DNA of 64,000 nucleotides from an uncultured delta proteobacterium (GTDB taxonomy: Bacteria; Myxococcota_A; Polyangia; Polyangiales; CAVUEK01): positions 80,722 through 144,721 of the forward strand of contig CAVUEK010000009.1 of NCBI GenBank assembly GCA_963740495.1, given 5' to 3'. The translations under genes and the position numbers were made by a program. This document shows positions 31,214 to 44,600 of this stretch, piece by piece. The stretch's first letter is position 1. Each line of letters opens with the position of its first letter. The notes under the pieces were generated by a model that ran no database searches, was not told the origin of the DNA, and was given only the letters and a program-made list of their open reading frames with translations.

Positions 31214-31714
31214 GTGCTGCCCGACACGCCCGCGGGGTACGGTCTCGTCGCCGCCGTGCTCTTGTTCGTCGTCTTTCTGCTGTTCAAGGCCACGGTCGGG
31301 CTGCGTCCCCGCGATCCCGCGATGGCCGAAGCGCGGCGCCGGATTGGGGAGGCCAAGCTCCGGGCCCGCGCCGCCGGGACCGACACCGAGGCCCGTGTGC
31401 GTGCCTGGCTCGAGGCCGCGCGCATCGCGCGCGACGAGCTCGCGAGGCCCCGCCTGGCGGCGAGCTTCGCGCACCGCGCCGTGAAGTTCGGCCCGAACGA
31501 CGTCGAGGCGATCGGGACGATGGCCCAGTGCTTCCGCGAGGCCAAGCGCTACCGCGCTCTCGAACGGTTCCTCTGGCGGCGGCTCGATGGAGACGCCGGA
31601 CCGGGCTACGACCGCGCGTTCGACGAGCTCCTCTCCCTCTACGAAGGGCCGATGCGCAAGCGCGAGCGCGCGCACGCGCTCCAGAAGCTGAAGGCGCGCG
31701 CGAGCGAAGCGTGA
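31214..31714 (+). CDS. hypothetical membrane-anchored helical (TPR-like) protein
   Basis: N-terminal TM, helical repeats, stop overlaps the next ATG. Confidence 0.7.
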   Translation: MLPDTPAGYGLVAAVLLFVVFLLFKATVGLRPRDPAMAEARRRIGEAKLRARAAGTDTEARVRAWLEAARIARDELARPRLAASFAHRAVKFGPNDVEAIGTMAQCFREAKRYRALERFLWRRLDGDAGPGYDRAFDELLSLYEGPMRKRERAHALQKLKARASEA

Positions 31715-32145
31715 TGAGCCCGCGCGTTCCGTTCCACCTCGCCTTCCCCGTGCACGACCTCCATGCCGCGCTCGTGTTCTACCGCGACGTGCTCGGCTGT
31801 CGCGTCGGTCGCACCGGAGAGCGCTGGATCGACTTCGACTTTCACGGCCACCAGCTGAGCGCTCACCTCGTCGACGCCGCTCGCGCCGGCGACGGGCCCG
31901 CGCTCACGAACGAGGTCGACGGCGACGGCGTGCCGGTTCGCCACTTCGGCGCCGTTCTGCCGTGGGACGAGTGGCACGCGCTCGCCAAGCGGCTTCGGGC
32001 GCTCGGGCAGGTCTTTCTCATCGAGCCCAAGACGCGCTTCCGCGGCGAGCCCGGCGAGCAAGCGACGTTCTTCGTGCTCGACCCGTCGGGCAATGCGATC
32101 GAGCTCAAGTCGTTCCGCGATCCGGCGAGCCTCTTCGCGACCTGA
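31714..32145 (+). CDS. VOC / glyoxalase family protein
   Basis: [42 protein letters not shown]. Confidence 0.92.
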   Translation: MSPRVPFHLAFPVHDLHAALVFYRDVLGCRVGRTGERWIDFDFHGHQLSAHLVDAARAGDGPALTNEVDGDGVPVRHFGAVLPWDEWHALAKRLRALGQVFLIEPKTRFRGEPGEQATFFVLDPSGNAIELKSFRDPASLFAT

Positions 32146-32182
32146 ACGAAGGGAGCCGCGACGGATGCTACCCTGCCCCGCC

Positions 32183-32707
32183 ATGCGAAACCTCGTCCTC
32201 GCCGCCGCCGCATCGGTCCTCGTGCTCGGCGGTGCCTGCGGCAACGACGGCGGCGCGACGCCGATCCCGCAACCGTCGACGAGCCCGACCACGCCCCCCG
32301 CCGCCACGCTCGACCCACAGGTTCCGCCCGCCGATCCGAACGACCCGATCGGGAGCCAGATGCAGCTCCGCGCGACCCAGTTCGCCGAGGGGATGGCGCC
32401 CGCGACCCCGATCTTCCGCGGCTCCCTGCAGACGGGCGAGAACCAAGACTACCAAGCGATCCTGCAGAGCGACCGCTGCTTCCGCGTCATCGGCGTCGGT
32501 AGCTCGACCGTCACGGATCTCGATCTCTTCCTCTTCGATCCGAACGGCGTCCAGCTCCAGCAGGACACCGCGGTGGACGCGTACCCCGTCCTCGGCCTCA
32601 CCCACCCCATCTGCCCGGATCTCGCCGGCAGCTACCGCGTGCAGGTCCGCATGTACACCGGCAGCGGCGACTACGGCGTGCAGGTCTTCTACAACGAACG
32701 GCACTAG
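32183..32707 (+). CDS. lipoprotein with PPC-like beta-sandwich
   Basis: GGAC lipobox, Pro-rich linker, DLDLFLFDPNG, YRVQV. Confidence 0.75.
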   Translation: MRNLVLAAAASVLVLGGACGNDGGATPIPQPSTSPTTPPAATLDPQVPPADPNDPIGSQMQLRATQFAEGMAPATPIFRGSLQTGENQDYQAILQSDRCFRVIGVGSSTVTDLDLFLFDPNGVQLQQDTAVDAYPVLGLTHPICPDLAGSYRVQVRMYTGSGDYGVQVFYNERH

Positions 32708-32725
32708 CGAACGGAGCCCGTCTCG

Positions 32726-35210
32726 CTACGGAAGCGTCAGCGCTTCCTCGAGCCGCGCCACGGGAGCTCCGTCGGGGGAGTGCGCGAGGAGCGCTCCGAG
32801 CTGCGCCGCCTCGCGGAGCTCGGGCGACAGGATCACCGGGAGCTCGCCGTCGCTCGCGGCCTCGGCGTCGCGCCCGCGCGCGGAGCCGAGCGCGCCGACG
32901 CCGAGCACGTAGTCGAGAAGCGTCGTCGGGCGCGCGGGGACGACCTCGATGGGCGCGTCGTCCGGCAGATTCGCGCGCGCACGCGCGCGGGCGAGCGCCG
33001 ACCCGAACCCGCCGAGCCGGTCGACGAGGCCGTTCCTCGACGCCGCGTCGCCACTCCAGATGCGACCGCGCGCGATCGCGTCGATCGCCTCGACGTCCAT
33101 GCCGCGCGATCGATGAACGCGCTCGAGAAACATCCTGTACCAGATCCTCACCTTGTCCGCGGCGAGCGCGCGCTCCTCCGGCGTGAACGGCCGGAACAGC
33201 GAGTCGAGCCCCGCGTGCCGCCCGCGCGCGATCTCCTCGAGGCCGACGCCGATCCGCTCGGCGAGCTCGGCGAAGTCGACCTTCGTGTAGAAGACGCCGA
33301 TCGATCCGGTGATCGTCGCCGGGTCCGCCCAGATCTCGTCCGCCGCCGACGCGATCTCGTACGCGGCGCTCGTCGCGATCGCGCCCATGGAGACGATCAC
33401 CGGCTTGTGCCGTCGCGCTCGCATGACCGCGCGGTAGATCTGATCGGCGGCGATCACGCTGCCGCCCGGGCTGTCGATCCGGAGCACGATCGCCGCGACG
33501 CTCGAGTCCGCGGCGACGCGCTCGATGGTCTGGACGACCGTCTCGCTCCCGCTCATGCGAATCCCGAGGATCGGGATGTCGACGTTCTCCCCGGTGACGA
33601 TGTCGCCATCCACGACGACGACGCCGATGTGCCGGTCGCGGCCCCACCGCCTCGTCGCGAGGTCGGGCTCGTCGGTCAACCGCCGAAAGCTGCCCCCGAG
33701 CGCGACGCGCAGCTCCTCGTCGAGGTCGACTTCGTCCGCGCGACCGTCGACGAGCCCGAGATGCGCGAGCTCGCTCGCGACGTACGGCCCTTCGTCGTAG
33801 ATCTGCCGGACGCGCGCCTCGTCCATGTGCCAATCGCGCGAGAGGTCGCGCACGTCTCGCGCGAACACGTCGTCGTAGAACGCCTCGTACGCGCCGCGCG
33901 CGGGCTCGCTCGAGGTCCGGTTCTCGAACTGCTCCGGCGCCGACTTGAACTGGCCGATGCGCACCGACTCGACGCGGATCCCGAGCTCGCGAGCCAAGTC
34001 CCCGACGAGGATCGTCGTGCTCGCCGGACCGACCAGCCACGCGCCGCCCGCGGGATCGACGACCGTGCGCGTCGCGCCCGCGCACGCGTAGAGCTCGGCG
34101 CCGGAAGCGGACTCGAGGTGGCAGACGACGTGCTTGCCCGCGCGCTCGAGCTCCGCGACCATCAAGCGGATCTCCTGCGCGTAGGCGCTTCCGATGCTCG
34201 AGTCGCGCATGCGCAAGAGCACGCCCGCTACGTCACGGTCGTGGAGCGCCCGGTCGAGCCGCCGGATGATGGAGACCATTCCGCGGGCGCCCGCTCCGGT
34301 CACCTCGACGTCGGCGACGTAGCGGGGCGTCGGCAGCCCACGCCGACCGAACGCCTCGATGTGCCCGGTGACGAACCACCCGGGCAATTGGTCGATCCCG
34401 TCGCCGCCGACGAGCCCTCCGCCGACGCCGACGCCCGACCAGTCCGCCGAGAGGCCGCCGAGGAACATCAGGTCGGTCTGCTCGTCGAACCGCTCGACCT
34501 CGACGCTCCCGAAGAGCCTCCCGACGTAGGGCACCTCGAGCGCGCCGAGCAAACGCGCGCCCAGCCGGCCGTCCACGTCGACCGAACCGGCCGCGTCGAA
34601 GAGGAGCTCGCGCGAGCCGGTCGGTCGAAAGCCCACGGCCAGCACGAAGCTCGGAGCCAGAATCGCTCGACCCGAGGTCGAGCCTGCCGTTGACGTCACG
34701 CGCGATGAACGAGAACGCGATGCGCTCGTCGGGGCGGTAGCTCGCCGCGAGGTCGACCGTGGTCGCGCCCGGCACGAACGGAGCGGGCGATCCGAACCAA
34801 CGGATCGATGCGCCCAGCCCGAGCGCGTCGCTCGGTGCCCACGCGATCGCGACGTTGCCCATGCCTCGATCGAGCTCGGAGGTGGCCAGGCTCGGCCGGA
34901 TGCTCTGCGCGGAGCCGCCGAGCGCGAGGCCGAACGGAAGCGGTATCGCCACCCGGACGGCATCGCCGCGGCGCCGCATCGCAATCTCGTCGCTCCCATC
35001 GGCGTGGACGTAGACGAGGCTGAACGCGTCGAGGAACGGCATGGCCGACGGGTTGATGTCGGCCGCCGTGGCGTCGTCGGGCGCGGAAAAAGAGGCCCCG
35101 GGGGTGAGGACCGGAGCGCTGGCCCCACGGAGCTGAGCGCGCACGGACGGGGCGACCGCGACGAGAAGCGCGGAGACGAGCCCCGCCAACGCGCGCCGAA
35201 CTCTGTGCAT
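32726..35210 (-). CDS. sppA: signal peptide peptidase SppA (S49), long form (frameshift ~34665)
   Basis: GQFKSAPE, LRIDSPGGS, ITGSIGV, ARGRIWSG, GLVDRLG; signal peptide in the adjacent frame. Confidence 0.9.
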
Positions 35211-35296
35211 TCGTTGCACATACCACGGTTGCGGTGCCCCCGTCCGCCCATCGGACGGCTGGCGAACCGGCGCACGAGACGGTACGTTCGAGCTGG

Positions 35297-36121
35297 ATGG
35301 ATGCGACAAAGCCCCGACTCGGGCTGGGGGCGTGCGCCGTGGTGCTGGTCTCTGCGTCGCTCTCCCTCATGTCGCCCGCCCCGGTGCTCGCCCAGGGTGC
35401 CTCCAGCACGCCTCCCGAGGCGGTCGAGTTCTACCGTCGCGGACGCGACCACTTCGCCGCCGGCAGGTACCGCGAAGCGATCGCCGATCTCGAGCGCGCG
35501 TTCGCGCTCGATCCCACGTCCGCGACGCTGGTCTACAACCTCGCCCGCGTGTACGAGCTGCTCGGCGAGCTCGACCCTTCGATCCAGAAGTATCGCCAAT
35601 ACCTCTCCATGCTCGGGCCCGACGACGACGAGGAGCGCGCCCGAGTCGAGGAGACGCTGCAACGCCTCGAAGGCGCGCGCGATCAGGTCGAGGCCGAGAT
35701 GGCAGATCCGCAGCCGACGCCAAGCGGGGGCGGCCTCGAGATGAACGCGCCGGTGCGGATCGAGGAGCGCGGCGTCGCAGACTGGCTCTTCTGGGGAACG
35801 ACGCTGACGAGCGTCGCGCTCTTCGCTGGCGGTGCGATCATGGGAGTGCTCGCGCTGAACGAGGAGAGCACCGCGCAGTCGTTCGTCGTCGGCGCGGACG
35901 GCCCACTGTCGCTCCGAGACTGCATCGCGTCGACCGCCGACACGCTCGCGCTTCTCACCGACGTGCTGTTCATCGCCGGGGGCGTCGCCGCGGTCTCGGC
36001 GACCTTGCTATACCTCCTGCGCACTCGAACGGTCGAGACGCACCCGGGCTACGACGAGACGAGCGGGTTCCTGACGACCGACGGGCACGGCATCTTGGTG
36101 GGCGTTCGAGGGACGTTGTGA
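35297..36121 (+). CDS. tetratricopeptide repeat protein with C-terminal hydrophobic segments
   Basis: Signal peptide; GRYREAIADLERAFALDP, LVYNLARVYELLG; ends VGVRGTL. Confidence 0.85.
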   Translation: MDATKPRLGLGACAVVLVSASLSLMSPAPVLAQGASSTPPEAVEFYRRGRDHFAAGRYREAIADLERAFALDPTSATLVYNLARVYELLGELDPSIQKYRQYLSMLGPDDDEERARVEETLQRLEGARDQVEAEMADPQPTPSGGGLEMNAPVRIEERGVADWLFWGTTLTSVALFAGGAIMGVLALNEESTAQSFVVGADGPLSLRDCIASTADTLALLTDVLFIAGGVAAVSATLLYLLRTRTVETHPGYDETSGFLTTDGHGILVGVRGTL

Positions 36122-37518
36122 CGCAGCCAAGCGTGTCGTTGTCGGCGTGGGTGTGGCTGGTCGCGTGCGCGGCCGGTTGCTCGCTGCTCGTCGACCCCAA
36201 CGACGAGCCGGTTCGATGCGCGCCGTCGGTTCCGGGCTCGTGCCCGGCGGGGCAGACGTGCACGCCGGAAGGGACCTGCTCCACGGGAACCACGCGCCTC
36301 GACGGGGGCAGCCGTCCCGACGCGCCCGTCCCCGACGGCTGCGACGTCGAGCGCTGCAACCAGATCGACGACGACTGCGACGGACGGATCGACGAAGGTC
36401 ACGATCAGGACGGCGATGGCTACACGTGGTGCGGGGACGGGATCGACATGGCGTCGCGCGACTGCGACGACAGCGTCGCGAGCACGCGCCCCGGCGCACC
36501 GGAGGTGTGCGATCTCGTCGACAACGATTGCGATGGAGCGACCGACGAGAGCCCGACGACAATCTGCTCGGGGGGCCAGGTGTGCTCGTCGGGATCCTGT
36601 CTCGCGGCCGGCGACTGCCGCCTCGCCACGCCGCCGTGCTCGGGTGACGACATCTGCGACACGAGCACCTCCCCCGCGCATTGCATCACGCCGGGGTGCA
36701 CGCCTGCCGACTGCACGTCGCCCGAAGTGTGCGATCCGGTCACGGGAGATTGCATCACGCCGCTCGTGTTCGGCAGTGCCTGCACGCGCGACGCCGAGTG
36801 CGCCACCGACCTCTGCGCGCCGGCCACCCTGATCGGGCTCTCGACGGTCCCTTCGCGAATGTGCACCCAATCCTGTTGCTCGGACCGCGACTGCCCATCG
36901 AACGCCGTGTGCTTCGCGTCGGGGCTCGGACCGAAGCTGTGCATCCCGCTCGAGTACACCGGCCTCACGAGCGTCGGGGCCGGAGGCGCCGGTGCTTCCT
37001 GCTCGAGCGGTACCACGTGCCGGTCGGGGCGCTGCTTCACGGGCGACAACGCGTGCCTCGCGCAATGCGCGCACGCTGCGGACTGCGACGGTCTCGCCTG
37101 CGTCGCGTACCCGATCGGGAGCGCCACGAGCGCCATCGTCACCACATTCTGCGACACCGCCGGCGGCGGCGGGTTCGGCGACTTCTGCCTGAGCGACAAC
37201 GACTGCGGGACCGGCTTGTGCCGAACGGTGATCTGCACGCAGCCGTGCCGGTCGTCGGCGGACTGCGGGTCGGGCGGGTTCTGTACGTACCTCTCGCGGC
37301 GCGGCGATTGGGTGGCGGCGTGCGACTTCCGGACGCGGGCGGGGGGAACGGCGACGACCGGAGCGGCGTGCGCGTCTCCCGACGACTGCGAGGATCGCGT
37401 CTGCTACGAGGGCCGGTGCGCGGACATCTGCTGCACCAACGCCGACTGTCCGGAGGCGGGCTACGATTGCAAGCCCATCTCGGTGGGTGACCACTACGAG
37501 ATGCACTGCGTTCCCTGA
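36118..37518 (+). CDS. Cys-rich lipoprotein with putative metal-binding (MopE-related) motifs
   Basis: AAGC lipobox; CNQIDDDCDG, DCDDS...PGAPEVCDLVDNDCDG; CxxDxDC repeats. Confidence 0.8.
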   Translation: MTQPSVSLSAWVWLVACAAGCSLLVDPNDEPVRCAPSVPGSCPAGQTCTPEGTCSTGTTRLDGGSRPDAPVPDGCDVERCNQIDDDCDGRIDEGHDQDGDGYTWCGDGIDMASRDCDDSVASTRPGAPEVCDLVDNDCDGATDESPTTICSGGQVCSSGSCLAAGDCRLATPPCSGDDICDTSTSPAHCITPGCTPADCTSPEVCDPVTGDCITPLVFGSACTRDAECATDLCAPATLIGLSTVPSRMCTQSCCSDRDCPSNAVCFASGLGPKLCIPLEYTGLTSVGAGGAGASCSSGTTCRSGRCFTGDNACLAQCAHAADCDGLACVAYPIGSATSAIVTTFCDTAGGGGFGDFCLSDNDCGTGLCRTVICTQPCRSSADCGSGGFCTYLSRRGDWVAACDFRTRAGGTATTGAACASPDDCEDRVCYEGRCADICCTNADCPEAGYDCKPISVGDHYEMHCVP

Positions 37519-37664
37519 GGCTTGGCGTCCGTGTGAGCACACGTGATACGTCCCCTGGTGCGCGCGCGTCGAGGTCGGGCTAGACTCGGACGGTTTCGGA
37601 GGAGGCCGTCGCGTAAGGCGTTCCAAGACGCCCCCCGGTGGGGAGCGTCCGACACGACACGAGC

Positions 37665-39182
<1,518 letters not shown>

Positions 39183-39243
39183 CGACACCGATGGAGGCCG
39201 CCGAACCAGCTCCTTCGATCGATCCGTACGACGATGTGGTGAG

Positions 39244-41626
39244 TCAGCGCAGGGTCGACCACGGTGACCCGCATCGCCGCCCTCGTCGCGCGACGCGTCG
39301 TGCATGCGCCTCGACGTACCGACTCTTTTCGAGGTTCTCGCGCAGAGCGTCCCTGAGCGCGAACGTGCCCATGCCGTGCAGAACGAACGCGACGGGCTCG
39401 ACCGGCAGCGTACAGCCTATCGAGGAAGGCCTCGACCATGGCGAGCGCGTCGTCGACGCGCAATCCCCGAACGTCGACCGTGTTGTCGCTCGTTCGAGCC
39501 GCGGCTGCGTGCGAGCGGCGTCCGCCGCTCGCGCCCGGCTCGAGCGCGCCGGGGTCGGGTCGTCGGGCTCACGGTTTGGGCGCGCACCGACGACGCGCAC
39601 GTCGGCGACGCCGACCGTCAGCCTCATCGGTCCGGCGGCGACCCGTACCCGCCCTCGACGCGGCGTCTCGACGACCTCCGCTTCGGTGCGCAACCGTTCG
39701 ACACCACACGCGCGTCCGGGCGCGAGCAGGTCCTCGGTGGCGGGTTGGCCCCGGGGCTCGAGCGCGGCTTCGGCCGCGATGTGCTCCGCCGCGCGCTGCG
39801 CCGCTTCGGCCGCGACACGAAGGCGCCTCCGGACTTCGGCGAGCTCCTCCCTGGTCCGCGCGTCGAATCGCTCGGCGCGCGTCGCGGACCTCGTCGTCGA
39901 GCTCGAACGAGATCGGAGCGCAGGCGCTCCACGTCGCCCGCGACCTCGGCTCGAAGCCGACCGCGCGACCCTTCGATCGCGCGGTCGAGCTCGGCGCGCT
40001 TCTCGAGCAGCTCTCCCTCCCGATGCGCGAGCGTCCGGCGTTCCTCGTCCAGCCTGTGCTTCACGCGAGCGAGCTCACGCGAGAGCTCGTCGAAGGTTCG
40101 CGCCTCTTCGGGCAGTAGGCGGCGCGCCGTCTCGACGACGTCCCGCGGCATGCCGAAGCGCGCAGCGACCGCGAGCGCGCTCGACGGACCGGGACGTCCG
40201 GCACGAGCCGAAACGTCGGCTCCATTCGCTCGACGTCGAATCCAACCGAAGCGTTGCGCAGCCTACCGTCCGCCGCCGCCATCGCCTTGAGCGCTTCGTA
40301 GTGCGTCGTCACCGCGACCGCGGCGCCCCGCTCGCAGAGCGCGTCGACGACTGCGCACGCCGAGCGCTGCGCCCTCGACCGGGTCGGTGCCGCCCGCGAG
40401 CTCGTCGAGCAGGACGAGCGTGCCCGTTCGCGAGCGCTCGAGGATCCGCGCGATGTTGGCGACGTGCAGCGGAGAACGTCGAGAGGTTCCTCGCGATCGA
40501 CTGATCGTCGCCGACGTCGGTCAACACGGGATCGAAGAACCCACACTCGCTCCCCTCGGCCGCGGGGAACGGCAACCCGGCCCGCGTCATCAACGCCGCG
40601 AGCCCGAGGAGCTTGAGCGCCACGGTCTTGCCGCCGGCGTTCGGTCCGGAGAGAACGAGCGCGTGCGCTCCGCTCGCCTCGATGTCGTTCGGCACCACCT
40701 CGGCCCCGTCGAGCAGGAGCAACGGGTGGCGCGCTCGCAGAAGGCGGATCCGCGGCTCGCCCACCAGCCCGAGCACGTGCCCGTCGAGGTCGCGCCCCAG
40801 CTGCGCCGCCGCCGTCCGCAGGTCGATGTGATCGATCGCATCGGCCGCAGCGCGCAGCTCGGGCACGCGCTCCTCGACGAGCTCGCTCAACGCGGCCAGG
40901 ATGCGTGCCTCTTCGCGCTCCATCTCGCCCTGCGCCATCTTCAGACGGTTGCCCTGTGCGACGAGACCGCGCGGCTCCACGAAATCGTCGACCCGCTCGC
41001 GCTCGTCGCGTGAACGATCCCGCGAAGCGCTCGTGCGCGTCGGTGCGCACCGGAAGGACGTAGCGACCCTCCCGGATCGTGTGGAAGCGGTCCGAGAGGA
41101 TCGCCGAGCTCTTGACGATGAGGTCCTCGAGGCGCGCGATGATGCGCGCGCGGAGGTTCGACACCTCGATGCGAAGCCGCGCGAGCTCCGGGCTCGCCGC
41201 GTCGCGCAGCGTGCCGTCGAGGTCGACGGCGAGATCCAGCTCTTCGCCGAGCGGCACGAGCGTCGGGTCGATGGTGCACGCGGCGACGAGGCGCGGGGCT
41301 CGATCGCGGCGCTGCCCGAGAAACCGACGCAGCGCGCTCGCGGCCCGAATGGTGGCAGAGATGTCGCGGATCGCCGGCCCGTCGAGCGCGGCGTGGCGCT
41401 CCAGGCGAAGCAGGTGCGCTCGCACGTCTCGAAGACCGTCGAGGGGTGGCGGCTCGTGAGCATCGAGGAGCTGGCGCGCCTCGTGCGCCTCGGCGAGCGC
41501 GACTTTCGCCTGCGCCAGCGTCGCGGCGAAGGGAAGCTCCCGGATCGCCGCGCGCGGCCCCCGGCAGCGAGCGAGGACCGCGTTGAGGATGCGATCCCAC
41601 GCGAGATCGTCGAGCGTCTTCGTCAC
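39244..41626 (-). CDS. mutS2: endonuclease MutS2 (multiple frameshifts)
   Basis: ASPELARLR, REGRYVLPV, ARHPLL, SGPNAGGKT, DVGDDQSI..NLSTFS, TTHYEALK, Smr-type LHG. Confidence 0.93.
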
Positions 41627-41686
41627 TGCGCCCAGGCTCTCACAGTCGGCGAGGATTCTGGCCTCGGGTCTGCTACGATCCGGTCC

Positions 41687-44600
41687 GTGGACGGTCGCAG
41701 CCGGCGCGCTCTGTCGGTGGCGCTTTGCGCTTATCTTCTCTCCGGATGCCAGCCGGGTGAGAACGCCGTCCTCATCGAGGCGACGAGCGAAGCGTACGTC
41801 CAGACGGTCGACGTGACCGTCGTCACGCTCGACGCGCGGCGCCGGCGCGTACACCGTGCGTTCCCGGTGAACCGCGACACGCCGGACATCGACGCCGTAC
41901 CGATTCGGATCGCGGTCGAGCTCGACGGGCCCTCTTCGGTCCTCGTGCACCTGAGCGCTCTGTCCGAGTCGGGCGCGACGCAGGTCGCGACACGCTGCTA
42001 CGAAGTGAGCGGCGTGATGCACGACTCGGTGCGTCTCGTCTTTCCGCCTCCGGGATCCGACCCGGACATGGACGGGTTCCCGGCGGACCCGCACGCCACG
42101 TGCTTCGATGCGTCGGGAGCGCCTTGCGGCGCGTTCATCTGCCCTGCAGAGGTCGGCGGCGATTGCGCGCCCGACGACGCGTCGGTGAGCCCCGGGGCAG
42201 TGGAGCTCTGCGAGGACTCGATCGATCAGGACTGCTCCGCCGGCGGCGACCCCTCGGGCGACATCGAGTGTCGAGACGACGATGGCGACGGATGGCGAAC
42301 GTGCAGTGGCGGCAGCGCGCCGGGCACGTGCGACTGCGATGACGTCGACCCCGACGTGAGCCCGTCCGCGACGGAGAGCGACGACCCGGCCGACGGCACG
42401 TGCGGCGATGGAGTCGATCAGGACTGCGACGGGGTATTCGTGGCCTGTGATCGCGATCGCGACGGCTATCGGGCCGACCGCGAGGTCGGCGGGACACCGG
42501 ACTGTGACGACACCAACGCCGCGATCAACCCCGGGGCCGCCGAGCGATGCACGCCCGAGGGAGAGACGCCGGTCGACGAGAACTGCAACGGCCTCTTGGA
42601 CGAGGCGCCCGAGTGCGTCGGGCCCGACCTCGACCGCGACGGCGTCGACGGCTGCGACGCACCAGGCGCTCCCCCGCGACCGAACTGCGATTGCAACGAC
42701 TGCGACTCGGGCGTGAAGCCCGGCGTCGTCGATCGCTGCGGAGACGGCATCGACCAGGACTGCGACGGCGTCGATCCGCCGTGCCCCGCCGGTGACATGG
42801 ACGGCGACGGCGACCCGGCGATCGCGAGCGGCGGAGGCGACTGCAACGACGCCAATCCGACCATCAACAGCTTCGCTCCCGAGCACTGCGGGGACGGGAT
42901 CGACCAGGACTGCGACTCGGTACCGGACGACGGATGCGACGGCGACACGGACGGGGACGGTTGGGTCGAGACCGGAGCGCTCGCCGATTGCGAAGGCGAT
43001 CCCACCCGCAATCCCGGCATGCCCGAGCTCTGCAACGGCATCGATGACGACTGCGACGGAACGGCCGACGAGCTGCTCCTACCCCCCGTCGGAGGCGACC
43101 CGGGCTTCCCGGAGGGCGCGACGGGCTGCGTCCGGCCCGATGCGAGCGTGCCCGGCTGCACCGGAAGCGCGTGCGTCGTCGACTACATGTCGACGTTCGG
43201 GCACTGCCACGTCTGTCGCGACGCTTGCCCTCCCACGCGCGCTCTCGAGTGCATCGGTGGCGTGTGCAACTGCCCCGCCGAGACGAGCTTCGTCGGACCG
43301 TGCAGCGATGAGCAGCTGTGCTGCGGGACGGGCTGCGAGAATTACCTCGTCGACATCGACAACTGCGGCGAGTGTGGGAACGAGTGCAACCGGGTGACCG
43401 CGGAGCGCAATGCGTCGCAGCCGGCCGCCGACCAATGCGTCGGCGGCGTCTGCCAGTGCGGCGCCGCGGGAGCCTGCGGGCCGAACCTGATGTGCTGCGG
43501 AGCGGCCTGTGTCGGGTACAACGACATCAACAACTGCGGCGCCTGCGGCAACGTGTGCTTCTCGGACGCGAGCAGCCCCGCGCGAATGACCTGCCCCGCG
43601 GCGACACTGCGGTGCGAGTGCGCCGTGGCGAATCGCGCCGACTGCAATTCGAACTCGGCCGACGGCTGTGAGCGCGACCTCCAGACGGACGTGAACCATT
43701 GCGGAGGCTGCGGCAATCGCTGCTCGTTCGCGAACGCGAGCGCCGAGTGCACGGGTGGCTCGTGCCACATCGCGAGCTGCAACTCCGGCTGGGGCAACTG
43801 CGACGGCAACGAGGCCAACGGGTGCGAGACGCAGCTCAATTCGCTCTCGAATTGCGCCAGCTGCGGCACGTCGTGCTCGCGCGCGAACGCCACCGCCACG
43901 TGCGCCACCGGGAGCTGTGCCATCGCGATGTGCAGCTCGGGATGGGGCAACTGCGACGGCAACGACGGAAACGGCTGCGAGCTTCGTCTCAACACGACGG
44001 CGAATTGCGGCGGCTGCGGTGTCGGATGCGCTCCACCCTTCGCCACGGGAACGTGCTCTTCGGGCTCGTGTCAAATCATGAGCTGTGACACGCTCCGCGG
44101 CGATTGCGGTGGCGGCGTCGGCAACGGCTGCGAGACCGACTTCACCACGACGAGCAACTGCAACGGCTGCGGCGTGAGCTGTACGCGCGCGAACGCGACG
44201 CCCACGTGCGCGGGCGGGATGTGCCGGATCGGAAGCTGCAGCTCCGGTTGGGACAACTGCGACGGAACGGACGGGAACGGCTGCGAGACCTCGCTCAACC
44301 AGCCGTCGAGCTGCGGCAGCTGCACCAACATGTGCTCCCTGATGCACACGGCGACATACTCGTGCCCGAGCGGCACCTGCAGGGTCGCGAGCTGCAGCTC
44401 GGGCTGGGGCAACTGCGACGGATCGCACCCGAACGGCTGCGAGACGCCGACCAACACGACGACGAACTGCGGCGCTTGCGGCATGGCGTGCATGCCGCAG
44501 CACGCCACCGGCGACTGCTCGACGGGCACGTGCGCGATCGCCTCGTGCACCTCGGGCTGGGCCGACTGCAACGGCGGCGCGGGCAACGGCTGCGAGACTC

